This document shows, piece by piece, positions 1 to 9,922 of a DNA stretch of 64,000 nt. A program made the position numbers and the translations under genes. The notes under the pieces are model-generated. The model searched no databases, was not told the DNA's origin, and saw nothing but the letters and a program-made list of their open reading frames with translations. How positions within the stretch are numbered: position 1 is the first letter of the stretch; the number at the start of each line of letters is the position of its first letter. Source of the DNA: Planctomycetota bacterium (lineage in GTDB: Bacteria; Planctomycetota; UBA11346); assembly GCA_038318565.1 (NCBI GenBank), contig JBBQCI010000006.1, positions 6,792-70,791 on the forward strand, read 5' to 3'.

Positions 1-44
1 TTCCTCTCGGGCGCAGCCTGGTCGAGGGGCGGGCCACCTATCAC

Positions 45-533
45 ATGTCCACGGCCCATCGCTGCGCCGCTCTCTGCCCGACAATTTCGCTGCAACCGCG
101 TCGCCGGGTTGGCGAGTGGCTGCAGGAGCAGGACGTGGCTCGTGGCGAAGTAGCCCATGATGCCTACGGCAGACTGGTCTGCGGGCTGCTGGGCCAGGCT
201 TCGCAACTCGCTGACGGCGATCCGCTGTGTGCCGCCGAGTCCCTGGCGCGCGCCAACCTTGGGGCAGGCGAACGTGCGGCACTGCTGCCGAATCCATGGT
301 TCGAACTGACCACCGCACCCGAGCTGCCTGAGATGGTCGACGATCCCTCGACCTTCGTGCTCGCCCATGCTGAGCGCATCCTTGGGGCGATTGCTGCGGG
401 ATTTGCCGGCGAGCCGGTACGATCAGCAGTGGTCTTGGCGACCATCGCCATGCACCTGGGCGAGCCGCTGGGTATTTCGCCGCAGACGGCAGCACACCAT
501 CTGGTGCGCAGCGGCGCTTGGGTCGCGGCCTAG
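45..533 (+). CDS. hypothetical protein (frame open to window edge, possibly 5'-truncated)
   Basis: 162-aa ORF with strong G/C third-position bias in this frame. There is no stop between nt 3 and the ATG at 45, so the true start may lie upstream of the window. No recognisable motif. Confidence 0.4.
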   Translation: MSTAHRCAALCPTISLQPRRRVGEWLQEQDVARGEVAHDAYGRLVCGLLGQASQLADGDPLCAAESLARANLGAGERAALLPNPWFELTTAPELPEMVDDPSTFVLAHAERILGAIAAGFAGEPVRSAVVLATIAMHLGEPLGISPQTAAHHLVRSGAWVAA

Positions 534-550
534 GCTAGGATAGTGCCCGT

Positions 551-1078
551 CTAGCTCTTCAATGGGCGGTTCGCTGACCAGCGGTCGCCGTCGGCAATCA
601 GCAGCTGACAGGCTAGGCCTTCGCGGTGGCTGGTCCAGCTGGCGAAGGCGATGCACGACTTGGCGACTGGCAGCTCGTTGAGCCAAGCGGTGGTCGCGCG
701 CTCATTCATGTCGGGCAAGGTGATGGCGATGCCGGCCTGGCTGGCGGTCGGCTTCTTCAGCTCAGCCTCGGTGTCCTGCCGTCTTGCCAGGATTTCGGCA
801 TGGACCTCGGCGGCGGTCATGTCGGCCAGTAGAGCCTCATCCACGCGCTGATGCTCGTCCTGAAGCAGGGCTACCACCCGCGTGCGGATAGCGGCGATGT
901 TGGCCTTCTGGCCGTAGGCCACGAGGCGGATGGTGATGGGTTTAATGAACACTTCCGCATCTTGCCCGGCTAGCTCCCCTAATCCAGCATTCACATTGGT
1001 TGAAAGTCCTGGCTCCAGCGGTGGACGCCCTGGAGCGACACGGTAAGCACGTATATGCAGACAGCAGAGGCGTCCCAA
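551..1078 (-). CDS. hypothetical protein (start uncertain)
   Basis: 175-aa ORF. GC3 bias is strong only from about nt 952 downward (VFIKPITIRLVAYGQ...). The ATG at 1078 overlaps the divergent desaturase start, so an internal GTG (for example 952) is an alternative start. Confidence 0.45.
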   Translation of the reverse strand: MGRLCCLHIRAYRVAPGRPPLEPGLSTNVNAGLGELAGQDAEVFIKPITIRLVAYGQKANIAAIRTRVVALLQDEHQRVDEALLADMTAAEVHAEILARRQDTEAELKKPTASQAGIAITLPDMNERATTAWLNELPVAKSCIAFASWTSHREGLACQLLIADGDRWSANRPLKS

Positions 1079-2083
1079 GCCAGCACCGAGCGGGTGCTGA
1101 GTGGACCAGAACTCATCCGCGCAACCGTCGCATTTGAGAAGGAGAACCGCTGGGTCACCTACAGTCTGTTCGTCCAGACGGTCACCGTCATGGTGGCCCT
1201 GCTGGCGGTGGTCATCTGGGTGCCGGCCTGGCCGATCAAGGTACTGGCCGGCATGGTGGCCGGTCTAGTCCAGGTGCGGTTGTTCATCTTCTACCACGAC
1301 GCCCTGCATGGCGCCCTGTTCCGCAAGGCGCCGGTAGCCCAGTTCTGCATGTCGTTTGTCGGATTCTACCTGATGTCGGTACGGTCCGTGTGGAAAGAGA
1401 GCCACGATTTCCATCATCAGCACAATGGGAAGATAGCGACCGCCTCGATCGGTTCGTACCCCATTCTGACCGTTGATATGCTGCGCTCGACCAGCCCGCT
1501 GCGTCTGCGCGCCTACACCATCGTCCGTCACCCGCTCTCGATGGTGTTCGGCTGTCTGAGCGTGTTCGCGGTCGGCATGGCCTTGGTGCCGTTCCTGCGT
1601 CGCCCAGGTCGTCATTGGGCTGCTCCGTTGGCGGTGCTGTGCAATGCCGCGGTTTTTGTGGCCGTAGTCTATTGGCTTGGCTGGATGGTGGCGGTGTGTG
1701 GCCTGCTGCTGCCGTCGTTCATCTCGATGGCACTTGGTTCGTACCTGTTCTATGCCCAACATAATTTCCCGGCCATGCAGATCCGCCCAGCTGCCGATTG
1801 GGACTATGTCACTGCCGCTTTGCGTGGTTCTAGCATGTTCGATATGAGCCGCATGATGCACTGGTTCACCGGAAACATCGGTTACCACCATGTCCACCAC
1901 GTGAATCATCGCATCCCGTTCTACCGGTTGCGCGAGGCCATGCAGGCCCTGCCCGAGTTGCAGCAACCTGGACGCACCTCGTGGCGTCTGAAGGACGTCA
2001 TCGCCTGCCTGCGCCTCTATGCTTGGGATGCCAAGCAAGGGCGCATGCTGACCTACGCTGAATCGCGGGTGGCAGGCCGATAA
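1055..2083 (+). CDS. membrane fatty-acid desaturase family protein
   Basis: Three histidine boxes typical of membrane desaturases are present: HDALHG, HDFHHQH and GYHHVHHVNH. Several hydrophobic TM segments lie between them. Confidence 0.85.
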   Translation: MQTAEASQASTERVLSGPELIRATVAFEKENRWVTYSLFVQTVTVMVALLAVVIWVPAWPIKVLAGMVAGLVQVRLFIFYHDALHGALFRKAPVAQFCMSFVGFYLMSVRSVWKESHDFHHQHNGKIATASIGSYPILTVDMLRSTSPLRLRAYTIVRHPLSMVFGCLSVFAVGMALVPFLRRPGRHWAAPLAVLCNAAVFVAVVYWLGWMVAVCGLLLPSFISMALGSYLFYAQHNFPAMQIRPAADWDYVTAALRGSSMFDMSRMMHWFTGNIGYHHVHHVNHRIPFYRLREAMQALPELQQPGRTSWRLKDVIACLRLYAWDAKQGRMLTYAESRVAGR

Positions 2084-2145
2084 CCCGTGTCCTGCCTAGC
2101 TTGATTGCTGTTAGAACAAACGAATGCGGTGGATACATCGCAATC

Positions 2146-3117
2146 ATGAGAATACTGTTCTGCGTCCTGTTCGCTCTGTTGTGGTCGGCCTCGGCCTCAG
2201 CCGCTGAACTCAAGATCGCGCTACTGTGCGCGGGATCGACCAACGATGGCGGCTGGAATCAGCTGGCCCGCGAAGGCGCGGACAAGTTGAAGGCGGAGTT
2301 CGGTGCCGTGGTGACGGTGCAGCAGCGCGTCACTGCCGACACCGCCGCGACCGCAATCAAGGATTTCGCCAGTGACGGCTACCAGCTCATCATCGCTCAC
2401 GGCTATGAGTTCCTCAATCCTGCTTCAGCCAGCGCCGGTTCTGTCGGCAATACGAAGATCGTGGTTAGTGGCGCCGATGTCGCCAAACCGGGGATAGTCT
2501 GCATCGATTACGATGTGTCGCACGCGAGCTACCAGCTCGGCATTCTGGCGGGCCGGCTGACCCGGACTGGCAAGTTGGGCTTCATCGGCGGCGGACCCTT
2601 CCCGTCGGTCAAGGCCTGCTATCGCGGCTTTCTCGCTGGTGCCAGAAGCGTGCGTCCCGACGTGACCGTCGCCGAGGCCTACACCAGCTGGGACGACGTG
2701 GCGAAGAACAAGGCCCAGGCCGAGGCCTTCATTGCCCAGGGCATTGATCAGATCTATCCCAACATCGACGCGGCCTCGCGCGGCGTCTACGAGGCGGTGC
2801 GCGAGCGCAACATGGCCAAACCTGATGCCCTGGTGTGGGCCTACGGCTGCGTCGGTGATGCGAATGCGAACCCGGCCGCCGGACGGTGGACGCTCGCCAG
2901 CGCGGTCGTGCGACTCGACGCCTCGTTCAAGCATGTCGCCACCATGGTGCGCGATGGAGCCTGGAAGCCAGGTGTGGTGCGCGAGGATCTCGCCACTGGC
3001 ACCTGCGTGACCATCCTGAATCCGACTCTGCTCGGCACGGTGATAACTCCGGCACTTGCGGCCGAACTCGGTCAGGCCGCCAAGGCTTTGGTCGCCGGCA
3101 GCATTACGATCCCGTGA
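2146..3117 (+). CDS. BMP-family (basic membrane protein / nucleoside-binding) ABC transporter substrate-binding protein
   Basis: Signal peptide MRILFCVLFALLWSASASA, then LKIALLCAGSTNDGGWNQ and GADKLK motifs typical of Bmp/PnrA-type binding proteins. It sits directly upstream of the cognate ATPase and two permeases. I chose the ATG at 2146 over the upstream TTG at 2101. Confidence 0.85.
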   Translation: MRILFCVLFALLWSASASAAELKIALLCAGSTNDGGWNQLAREGADKLKAEFGAVVTVQQRVTADTAATAIKDFASDGYQLIIAHGYEFLNPASASAGSVGNTKIVVSGADVAKPGIVCIDYDVSHASYQLGILAGRLTRTGKLGFIGGGPFPSVKACYRGFLAGARSVRPDVTVAEAYTSWDDVAKNKAQAEAFIAQGIDQIYPNIDAASRGVYEAVRERNMAKPDALVWAYGCVGDANANPAAGRWTLASAVVRLDASFKHVATMVRDGAWKPGVVREDLATGTCVTILNPTLLGTVITPALAAELGQAAKALVAGSITIP

Positions 3118-3133
3118 ATTCGGCTGAAAACGG

Positions 3134-4642
3134 ATGCTGACGCTTTCCGGCATCCACAAACAGTTCGACACTGCCGTGGCCCTTGATGGGGCCGATCTAT
3201 CAGTCACTGCAGGCACCGTGCACGGACTGCTGGGCGAGAACGGGGCCGGCAAGTCGACCCTGATGAAGGTGCTGTTCGGCCTGCTGCGGCCCGATGCAGG
3301 CAGCATGACCCTGAGCGGCCAAGCCTATCGACCGCACTCGCCGCGCGATGCCGCGGGGCATGGCATCGGCATGGTGCATCAGCATTTCACCCTCGCCCCG
3401 ACCCTGAGCGTGCGTGATAACTGCGTGTTGGCAGCAGGTCGAGGTCTGGGCCTGATCGACCAGCACGCATGGGATCGTCGCATCCTTGCGCTCGGTGAAC
3501 GGCTGAGCTGGCCACTCGATCCAGATGCCATGGTTGGCAGTCTGGCGGTTGGTCAGCAGCAGCGCGTCGAGATCGCCAAGGCCTTGCTCGCAGCCGGGGT
3601 CGATGCCAGTGGCCCATTGACCGGTCGCATGCTCATCCTGGATGAGCCGACCGCCGTGCTGACCCCGCCTGAGGTCGAGGAACTGCTGCCTGCCGTGCGC
3701 CGGCTTGCCGAGGCTGGCACCACCGTGCTGTTCATCTCGCACAAGCTGCCCGAGGTGCTGCGCATCTGCGATGCACTGACGGTGCTGCGCGGTGGCCGCA
3801 CCGTCTATACCGGACAGACCCTCGGCATGGATGCCGAACACCTAGCGGACCTGATGGTCGGAGCAGGTCGCCCTGGCGCTGCCGGTCGGGGAGCCGGGGC
3901 AGCCGTCGATGCGCCTGTCCGATTGTCTGTGCAGGCGCTTCAGGTTCCCGGAGCATTGCACCAGGTCACGTTCCAGGTTCGTGCAGGCGAAGTGGTCGGG
4001 ATCGCCGGAGTCGACGGCAACGGCCAGCGCGAACTGGTCCGTGCCATCCTCGGGCTGCAAGCAGATGCGACAGGCACGATCGACACGCCGAGTCTGCCAG
4101 CCAACCAACGGCTGCGTGGTCCGCACCGCATAGGCGTCATTCCGGACGATCGTCAGCGCGAGGCGCTGGTTCTTGATCTGCCGCTGTCCGAAAACTTGGC
4201 TCTGGGCGACCATCGCGATTCGCCGCTAGCGTGCGCCGGGTGGCTACTGCCGGCTGCTTGGCGTCTGCATGCGCAGGATCTGGTGCATCGTTTCGGCGTG
4301 CGGGTGCCGGCGGGCGATGTCCTGGCTGGGGCTTTGTCGGGCGGCAATCAGCAGCGAGCGGTAGTGGCGCGGGCCCTGCATGGTGGACCCGGCCTGGTGG
4401 TGGCGGTCAATCCGACTCGTGGCCTCGATATTGCTGCGAGCGCCGATGTGCTGGGCAGGCTGGCATCAGCGCGCAGCCTCGGCACTGGCGTGCTGTTGGT
4501 GCATCATGATCTCGACGAACTGCTCGGCATCTCAGACCGCGTCCTGGTGCTTTATGGTGGCGTGCTGGTCGACAGTGGCTGGCCTTCGTGCGAGCGTAGC
4601 GTCATCGGTCGACTGATGATGGGATTGCCCGCCCATGCTTGA
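3134..4642 (+). CDS. ABC transporter ATP-binding protein (duplicated ATPase, sugar/nucleoside type)
   Basis: Walker A GENGAGKST, Walker B LILDEPT and a second signature LSGGNQQR. The 502-aa tandem-NBD architecture is typical of the Bmp/Rbs class. Confidence 0.9.
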   Translation: MLTLSGIHKQFDTAVALDGADLSVTAGTVHGLLGENGAGKSTLMKVLFGLLRPDAGSMTLSGQAYRPHSPRDAAGHGIGMVHQHFTLAPTLSVRDNCVLAAGRGLGLIDQHAWDRRILALGERLSWPLDPDAMVGSLAVGQQQRVEIAKALLAAGVDASGPLTGRMLILDEPTAVLTPPEVEELLPAVRRLAEAGTTVLFISHKLPEVLRICDALTVLRGGRTVYTGQTLGMDAEHLADLMVGAGRPGAAGRGAGAAVDAPVRLSVQALQVPGALHQVTFQVRAGEVVGIAGVDGNGQRELVRAILGLQADATGTIDTPSLPANQRLRGPHRIGVIPDDRQREALVLDLPLSENLALGDHRDSPLACAGWLLPAAWRLHAQDLVHRFGVRVPAGDVLAGALSGGNQQRAVVARALHGGPGLVVAVNPTRGLDIAASADVLGRLASARSLGTGVLLVHHDLDELLGISDRVLVLYGGVLVDSGWPSCERSVIGRLMMGLPAHA

Positions 4643-5645
4643 CCTGCGTCGTCTTGCCGCCGTATGGCCGGCCGTGGTCGCAGCGGTTGGTGCGGCCGGA
4701 CTGCTGCTACTGGGTCTGTCGATCGCCGGGGTCGATCCTGGTGAGGCGGCCCTGACCGCATGGCGTGGGGCGTTTGGGTCGTGGTCGCGTCTCGCGGTTA
4801 CCGCCAGCGAGGCGGTGCCGCTCGTCCTGTGCGGACTTGGGGCGGCCCTCGCCTTGCGTTCCGGCACCTGGAACATCGGTTTGGAGGGCCAGTGTCTGCT
4901 CGGCATGGTTGCCGCGATCGCCGTGCTGGTGACCATGCCTCCTGGCGCTGCTGCATGCGCAGTCGGCCTGCTTGCCGGGGCACTGGCCGGGGCGGCGTGG
5001 TGCGGCATTGCGGTCGCGCTGGAGCGCACCCGCGGCGTCCCACTGGTGCTGTCGACCATCCTGCTGAACACCGTGGCGGCCATGCTGCTCGGCGCTCTGG
5101 TGCAGGGGCCATTGCAGGCCTCAGGTAGCGCAGCTCCAGAGACGGCAGTCGTCCCCGAGGCCTCGCGTCTGGCCATGCTCGCCAGCCCGCTGCATGTTGG
5201 TGCGGTTCTTGCTGTGATTCTCGCTGTCGTCTCCTGGCTGGTTCAGCAACGCACGGTGCTGGGTTTCGAGCTGACCGTCGCCGGACGCAATCCCGAGGCC
5301 GCCCGCTTCGCCGGCATACCGGTTGGCCTACGCACCCTGCAGGCCGCCTTGGGCAGCGGAGCCTTGGCGGGCCTGGCTGGCGCCGTGCAGGTTGCTGGCG
5401 TCACCTGGTTTGTCAGCGATGGGGCGCGCAGCTGGGGCTACGCCGGTATCGCCGTCGCATTACTGGCTCGACTGCATCCCTTGGGCGTGGTCCTGTCGGC
5501 GCTGTTTTTCGCCGGCTTGGCCGTCGGTGCACGCGCCCTAGAACGTCGCATGGAAGTGCCGCATGATCTTGGGGTGATCGCCCAGGGTCTGGCGGTCGCC
5601 GCTGTACTGCTGGCCGGGGCGCTGGCGGCGAGGAAGCGGACATGA
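4635..5645 (+). CDS. ABC transporter permease
   Basis: Polytopic hydrophobic 336-aa protein. It overlaps the ATPase stop by 8 nt and the next permease by ATGA. Confidence 0.85.
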   Translation: MLDLRRLAAVWPAVVAAVGAAGLLLLGLSIAGVDPGEAALTAWRGAFGSWSRLAVTASEAVPLVLCGLGAALALRSGTWNIGLEGQCLLGMVAAIAVLVTMPPGAAACAVGLLAGALAGAAWCGIAVALERTRGVPLVLSTILLNTVAAMLLGALVQGPLQASGSAAPETAVVPEASRLAMLASPLHVGAVLAVILAVVSWLVQQRTVLGFELTVAGRNPEAARFAGIPVGLRTLQAALGSGALAGLAGAVQVAGVTWFVSDGARSWGYAGIAVALLARLHPLGVVLSALFFAGLAVGARALERRMEVPHDLGVIAQGLAVAAVLLAGALAARKRT

Positions 5646-6568
5646 ACGACTGGCTGGTGGTCATTCTGCTGGCCCAGGCGCTGGTCGCGGCGACGCCACT
5701 GGTGCTTGCCGGCCTCGGCGAACTGGTCGCCGAGCGCAGCGGCGTACTCAACATTGGCATTGAAGGTCTGGTTCTTGCCGGCTGTCTCGCCGGCTTCGCC
5801 ACGGCAGCTGCCACCGGTCATCCGTGGCTGGCCTTCGCTGCTGCGATCGGTACCGGAAGCCTACTCGCCTTGGCCTTCGGCCTGATGACCGTGTATGCGC
5901 GTTGCGATCAGATCGTCTCCGGGCTGGCCCTGAACCTTGTGATCATCGGCGGCACCGGCACCGCCTGGAGCGTGATGCAGACGCATGGGCTAACGACGAT
6001 GGTTCCAGGCAGCGGATTCGATCGAGACTGGTGCGGTGGCTGGGGTGTAGATCTCCCGCTGATCGGCCCACTGCTCTTCCGTCAGTACGGTTTGACCGTG
6101 GTGGTGGCGATACTGGCGCTGGTCACGGCGTGGATCCTCGCCCGGACCCGACTCGGTCTAATAATCCGGGCCCTGGGCGACGAGCCGGACGCCTGTGCTG
6201 CCGCTGGCGTTCCGGTGCGTCGTTGGCGCCTGCTTGCCGTTGTCGGTGCCGGTGCGGCCGCTGGGGCCGCCGGGGCGTTCCTCGCCATCATGCGCACCAA
6301 TAGCTTCGTCCCGATGATGAGCGGTGGGCTCGGCTTCATCGTCCTGGCCCTGGTCATGTTCGGTCGCTGGCGGGTCGGTTGGATGATCAGTGGCTGCGTG
6401 CTGTTCGGGTTGGCTGATGCGACGCAGCAGCACCTGCAGTCTCAGGCTGGAGCCAACCGCCTGCCCTATCAGGTCTGGCAGGTCATCCCCTATGCCACGG
6501 CGCTGATCGTGCTTGCCCTTATGCGACGCGGACGCGCTGGGCCTCGTGCGCTCGGACAGCCGTGGTAG
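5642..6568 (+). CDS. ABC transporter permease
   Basis: Polytopic hydrophobic 308-aa protein with an ATGA start/stop overlap with the preceding permease. Confidence 0.85.
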   Translation: MNDWLVVILLAQALVAATPLVLAGLGELVAERSGVLNIGIEGLVLAGCLAGFATAAATGHPWLAFAAAIGTGSLLALAFGLMTVYARCDQIVSGLALNLVIIGGTGTAWSVMQTHGLTTMVPGSGFDRDWCGGWGVDLPLIGPLLFRQYGLTVVVAILALVTAWILARTRLGLIIRALGDEPDACAAAGVPVRRWRLLAVVGAGAAAGAAGAFLAIMRTNSFVPMMSGGLGFIVLALVMFGRWRVGWMISGCVLFGLADATQQHLQSQAGANRLPYQVWQVIPYATALIVLALMRRGRAGPRALGQPW

Positions 6569-6583
6569 GATGTAGACCCCGAC

Positions 6584-6892
6584 ATGGAACTCCTCGCCTT
6601 CGCCATTTCAATCCCCGGCATCACCGTCCTCCTACTGCTGTGGGTCGTGTGGATACAGCGTCGGCGCAAACTGCTGATCCGACGCATCGAGGAGCATGCT
6701 TGCGCAATCTGCTGCACCGGATTTAGCGATGCCCTGATCGAAGACCGCGGTCCGCCAGCCCCGGCGATCCTTGCCAGACTCGATGTTTTCCAACGCCGCT
6801 TCGCCCATCGAGCGGTGGTCTGCCAGGAATGCGGCGCACTCAATATCTGCGATCGCGACGGCAAGCCGTTCCGGGGTTTCGCAGAGTTCTAG
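6584..6892 (+). CDS. small membrane-anchored protein with CxxCC ... CxxC cysteine pairs (putative zinc ribbon)
   Basis: N-terminal TM helix FAISIPGITVLLLLWVVWI and a basic stop-transfer RRRK, followed by CAICC and CQECG. It starts 16 nt after the permease stop. Its 3' end overlaps the convergent gene by 4 nt. Confidence 0.45.
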   Translation: MELLAFAISIPGITVLLLLWVVWIQRRRKLLIRRIEEHACAICCTGFSDALIEDRGPPAPAILARLDVFQRRFAHRAVVCQECGALNICDRDGKPFRGFAEF

Positions 6893-8253
6893 TCAAGATG
6901 GGCGATGGCCTGGACCAAGCGATGGATGTCCCCAGCTTCATCAGTCGGGATGACGTGCAGACTGAGTTCCTGGTCCAGCCAGATCGCCTCTCCTGGCGCG
7001 ACATCGCAGAGCGGACCGACATGTTCGATCTCGATGATGTCGTCCGCCCGGTAGGTGGTTAGATTGCGATCGCCCTCGGGATACGGGCCAGGTTCATGAG
7101 CGACGATGCGCGATCGCAGGATGTAGTGACCGTCGACCAGTGCCGCAGTCCCGGTAGCTGCGCGCAGTCCGGCCTTCAACCAACGAGTGCCGTGCATGAC
7201 CGCACCATCAAGAACCAAGGCCTCGTCCAACTGGTGGACGCCAAGGATGGCGGTCAGATCACGGGGGCCCTCTGCGCGGTCTTGCACAAACGCGGTGCTC
7301 GGAATCATCGCCGTTGGCATGGCGTCATTGTCCGGGTCGCGCAGCATCACCGTCTTCATGCGCTGCGGTGCCGCCCCGGCCACCAGCGGCCACAGCGCCA
7401 AGCGCCGTTGTGTTGTCGCATGATTGCGCAAACCATGACGGACGAGCAGTTTCCGACGGCGTGGATGCAGACGGACCTCCCACAACAGCTCCAGGCTGGT
7501 CGATGGATCGACGCCGGTGCTCAGGCTGCAGTGGTCAGGACCGCGATCGCTGTAGTGGGCCGGTCGGCAAGCGATCAAGCCCGAATCTTCGTTCTGGCAG
7601 GGTTCCATGAACCAGGTGCGCAGACCGCACGGCTCCCTGGCCGGGGGAGCAAGCATGGCGGGGATCGAGCCATCCACAAAGGCGGTCAGGCGCAGTGAAG
7701 GCTTAGTCTGGATCGTTGCACTTAGTCCATCCGCAACCAGGTCGAAGGACTCGATTCGGTTTGCCTCGACCAGCAGAGCGTCCCGGTCGCGGCCAGGTGC
7801 AGGAGCCACTAAGGCCTCGCTAGCCAACATCACCAGATGCGGCCGAGCGGGCCAGCCACGGGGTGTTCGGCCCGGATGTGCCGGGATGGTGACGACCCCG
7901 GTCTCGCAGTGCCGCGCGTACACCCGGTCTGCCTGATAACGCATCGATCCGCGGAAGGACCACAGCACTCCGTGCGGCAGAGGCTGCCACGTGGAGTCCA
8001 TCGAGGCGTCGCCCATCTGGTGCACCGACAGCAATACCCAGGCAGGCCGATCAAGGCGGAATGTCCAGGTGGCCGTCGGGACCGTCAAATCCTCTAGGAT
8101 AGGCACCAGGCAGGGGAGATCCGCAAGCCCTTCGCTGAACGCCACGATCGTGGTGGCGTACGGAGATTGCAGGCGAGGGATCCCGGTTTGGAACCGCAAC
8201 GCGGTGATGTGGTTCGGTAGATCGAGGGGCACGGGATCGGACGTGACGGCCAT
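6889..8253 (-). CDS. hypothetical protein
   Basis: 454-aa ORF with good GC3 bias and no signal peptide or motif that I recognise. Confidence 0.6.
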   Translation of the reverse strand: MAVTSDPVPLDLPNHITALRFQTGIPRLQSPYATTIVAFSEGLADLPCLVPILEDLTVPTATWTFRLDRPAWVLLSVHQMGDASMDSTWQPLPHGVLWSFRGSMRYQADRVYARHCETGVVTIPAHPGRTPRGWPARPHLVMLASEALVAPAPGRDRDALLVEANRIESFDLVADGLSATIQTKPSLRLTAFVDGSIPAMLAPPAREPCGLRTWFMEPCQNEDSGLIACRPAHYSDRGPDHCSLSTGVDPSTSLELLWEVRLHPRRRKLLVRHGLRNHATTQRRLALWPLVAGAAPQRMKTVMLRDPDNDAMPTAMIPSTAFVQDRAEGPRDLTAILGVHQLDEALVLDGAVMHGTRWLKAGLRAATGTAALVDGHYILRSRIVAHEPGPYPEGDRNLTTYRADDIIEIEHVGPLCDVAPGEAIWLDQELSLHVIPTDEAGDIHRLVQAIAHLD

Positions 8254-8348
8254 GGCGAGGATACATGTATGCTGGAAGCGCTGCGCGCCAGGACGGGTAC
8301 CACACAGGTGATGGTGGATATGTCGGGTGGAATGGTTAGGAAACCCGC

Positions 8349-9496
8349 ATGCGATTGGGCTGGAGATTACTCACTGCTGGTATCGTGTGCGCGATGGCGA
8401 GCGCTGCCGACGAGGATCCGTTCGCACCACTCAACCTGGAAACCCACGGTTACGCCTCGTTTGGCAACGTGCGTAGCTGGGGCAGGGATTGGATCGACGG
8501 CTCGGAAGGCGGCACCAATGAGTTCTGGGAGGCGGCGATCAACGTCATCTCCCGACCGACCGATCGGTTGCGCCTCGGGGCCCAGATCTTCGTGCGCGAT
8601 GTCGGTGATTACGACAACGGGACGCCTCAGCTAGATTGGGCCTACGCCGACTGGCGGGCTGCAGACCAGTTCGGTGCGCAGCTCGGCCGGGTGCGAGTGG
8701 CCTTGGGTCTGTATAACGAGGTGCTGGATATCGACGCAGCCCGTACCCCGGTGTTGCTGCCGTCGTCGGTGTACAGTCTTCGCTCTCGCGACCTCTACAT
8801 CTCGACCGACGGTGGCAAGCTGTATGGATTCTTGGATATGGCCGGCGCGGGTTCTCTAGAATACCAGTTCTATGCCGGCAAGAGGAGCTGGACCCAGAAC
8901 TCGGATTTTCCACCTACTTCGTCAAGCTCGGATTGGGTAGCCAGATCGACGAGTTGGGCATCGATGGCAGCGTCGGTGCCATGGTCCATTGGAACACCCC
9001 ATGCGATGGACTGGGGTTGAGGCTGTCCGTAGCCGATGTGCATGGACTGCATGTGCAGGCATCGACTCCAGCCTTTGGCTACACTACCGAATTACAGGTG
9101 GATGATTACGTGGTGGCCATCGGCTCGGCCATAGTTGAGCGCGGCGACTGGACCTTCGCTGCGGAATATGCCCGCATCAATGGCACTGGTGAGATTACGA
9201 CGTCGTTCGGTCTCAGGCAGCCCTATGTCGACGCGAGCGACTCGGGTTACATCTCCTCGACTTGGCATATGAAGCCGTGGCTCGAGTGGTATGCGACCCT
9301 GGAGGGCTCCTGGCCAAGTTTGGGTGACCGTAACGGAAACTACCTCTATACGGCGGCGGCGGTATTTGCCACCGACCTGATGCCGACCCATCGGTGGTCG
9401 TTGAAAGCAGAATTCCGCGATAATTGGCAATCTGCTTCGACATCGGAGGATACACATTATCAGATCCTGGCGCTCAAGACGACGGTGGATTTCTGA
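8349..9496 (+). pseudogene. outer-membrane beta-barrel (porin-like) gene interrupted by a single frameshift near 8880-8890
   Basis: ORF 8349-9020 carries a signal peptide (MRLGWRLLTAGIVCAMASA) and alternating beta-strand-like sequence up to ...LEYQFYAGK. The sensible continuation (EELDPELGFSTYFVKLGLGSQ...) is in the -1 frame (ORF 8933-9496). That frame ends in the classic OMP C-terminus ...ALKTTVDF. Confidence 0.55.
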
Positions 9497-9900
9497 TGGG
9501 CGGCTATGTGCGTCTTATCGTCTTGCTGCTCTGGTTCGTGGTCGGTCACGCGGCCTGTGCCATTGTGCATGCCGGTGTTGTCGAGCCGACGATCTCTTCG
9601 GATCGGATCCGCGACATGCTACTTGGCCGAATTACCACGTGGTCTGACGGCACTCCGGTGACCATCGTCTTGGTCGATGAGACTGCCAGCGATCAGGCAC
9701 TGAAAGATTTGACCGGCCGGGATTGCGCCCGCATGTTGCGTGGCTGGAAACGTCTGGCCTTCAGCGGTGCCGGCAGCATGCCATCGGTCGTGACCAGCAT
9801 CTGCGAAGCGGCCGAGCGCATCGCAGACATACCAGGATCCATCGCCGTAGTCGATGCGATCGAGGCCGATCCGCGCTGGCGTGTGCTTCTACTGCCCTGA
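9496..9900 (+). CDS. small secreted periplasmic-binding-protein-like domain protein
   Basis: The ATG at 9496 overlaps the porin stop (TGATG). Signal/TM segment VRLIVLLLWFVVGHAACA. The sequence (ITTWSDGTPVTIVLVDE..., GSIAVVD) resembles short PstS-like PBP domains; function unknown. Confidence 0.55.
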   Translation: MGGYVRLIVLLLWFVVGHAACAIVHAGVVEPTISSDRIRDMLLGRITTWSDGTPVTIVLVDETASDQALKDLTGRDCARMLRGWKRLAFSGAGSMPSVVTSICEAAERIADIPGSIAVVDAIEADPRWRVLLLP

Positions 9901-9922
9901 TCATCGGACGAGTGGAGTCATC

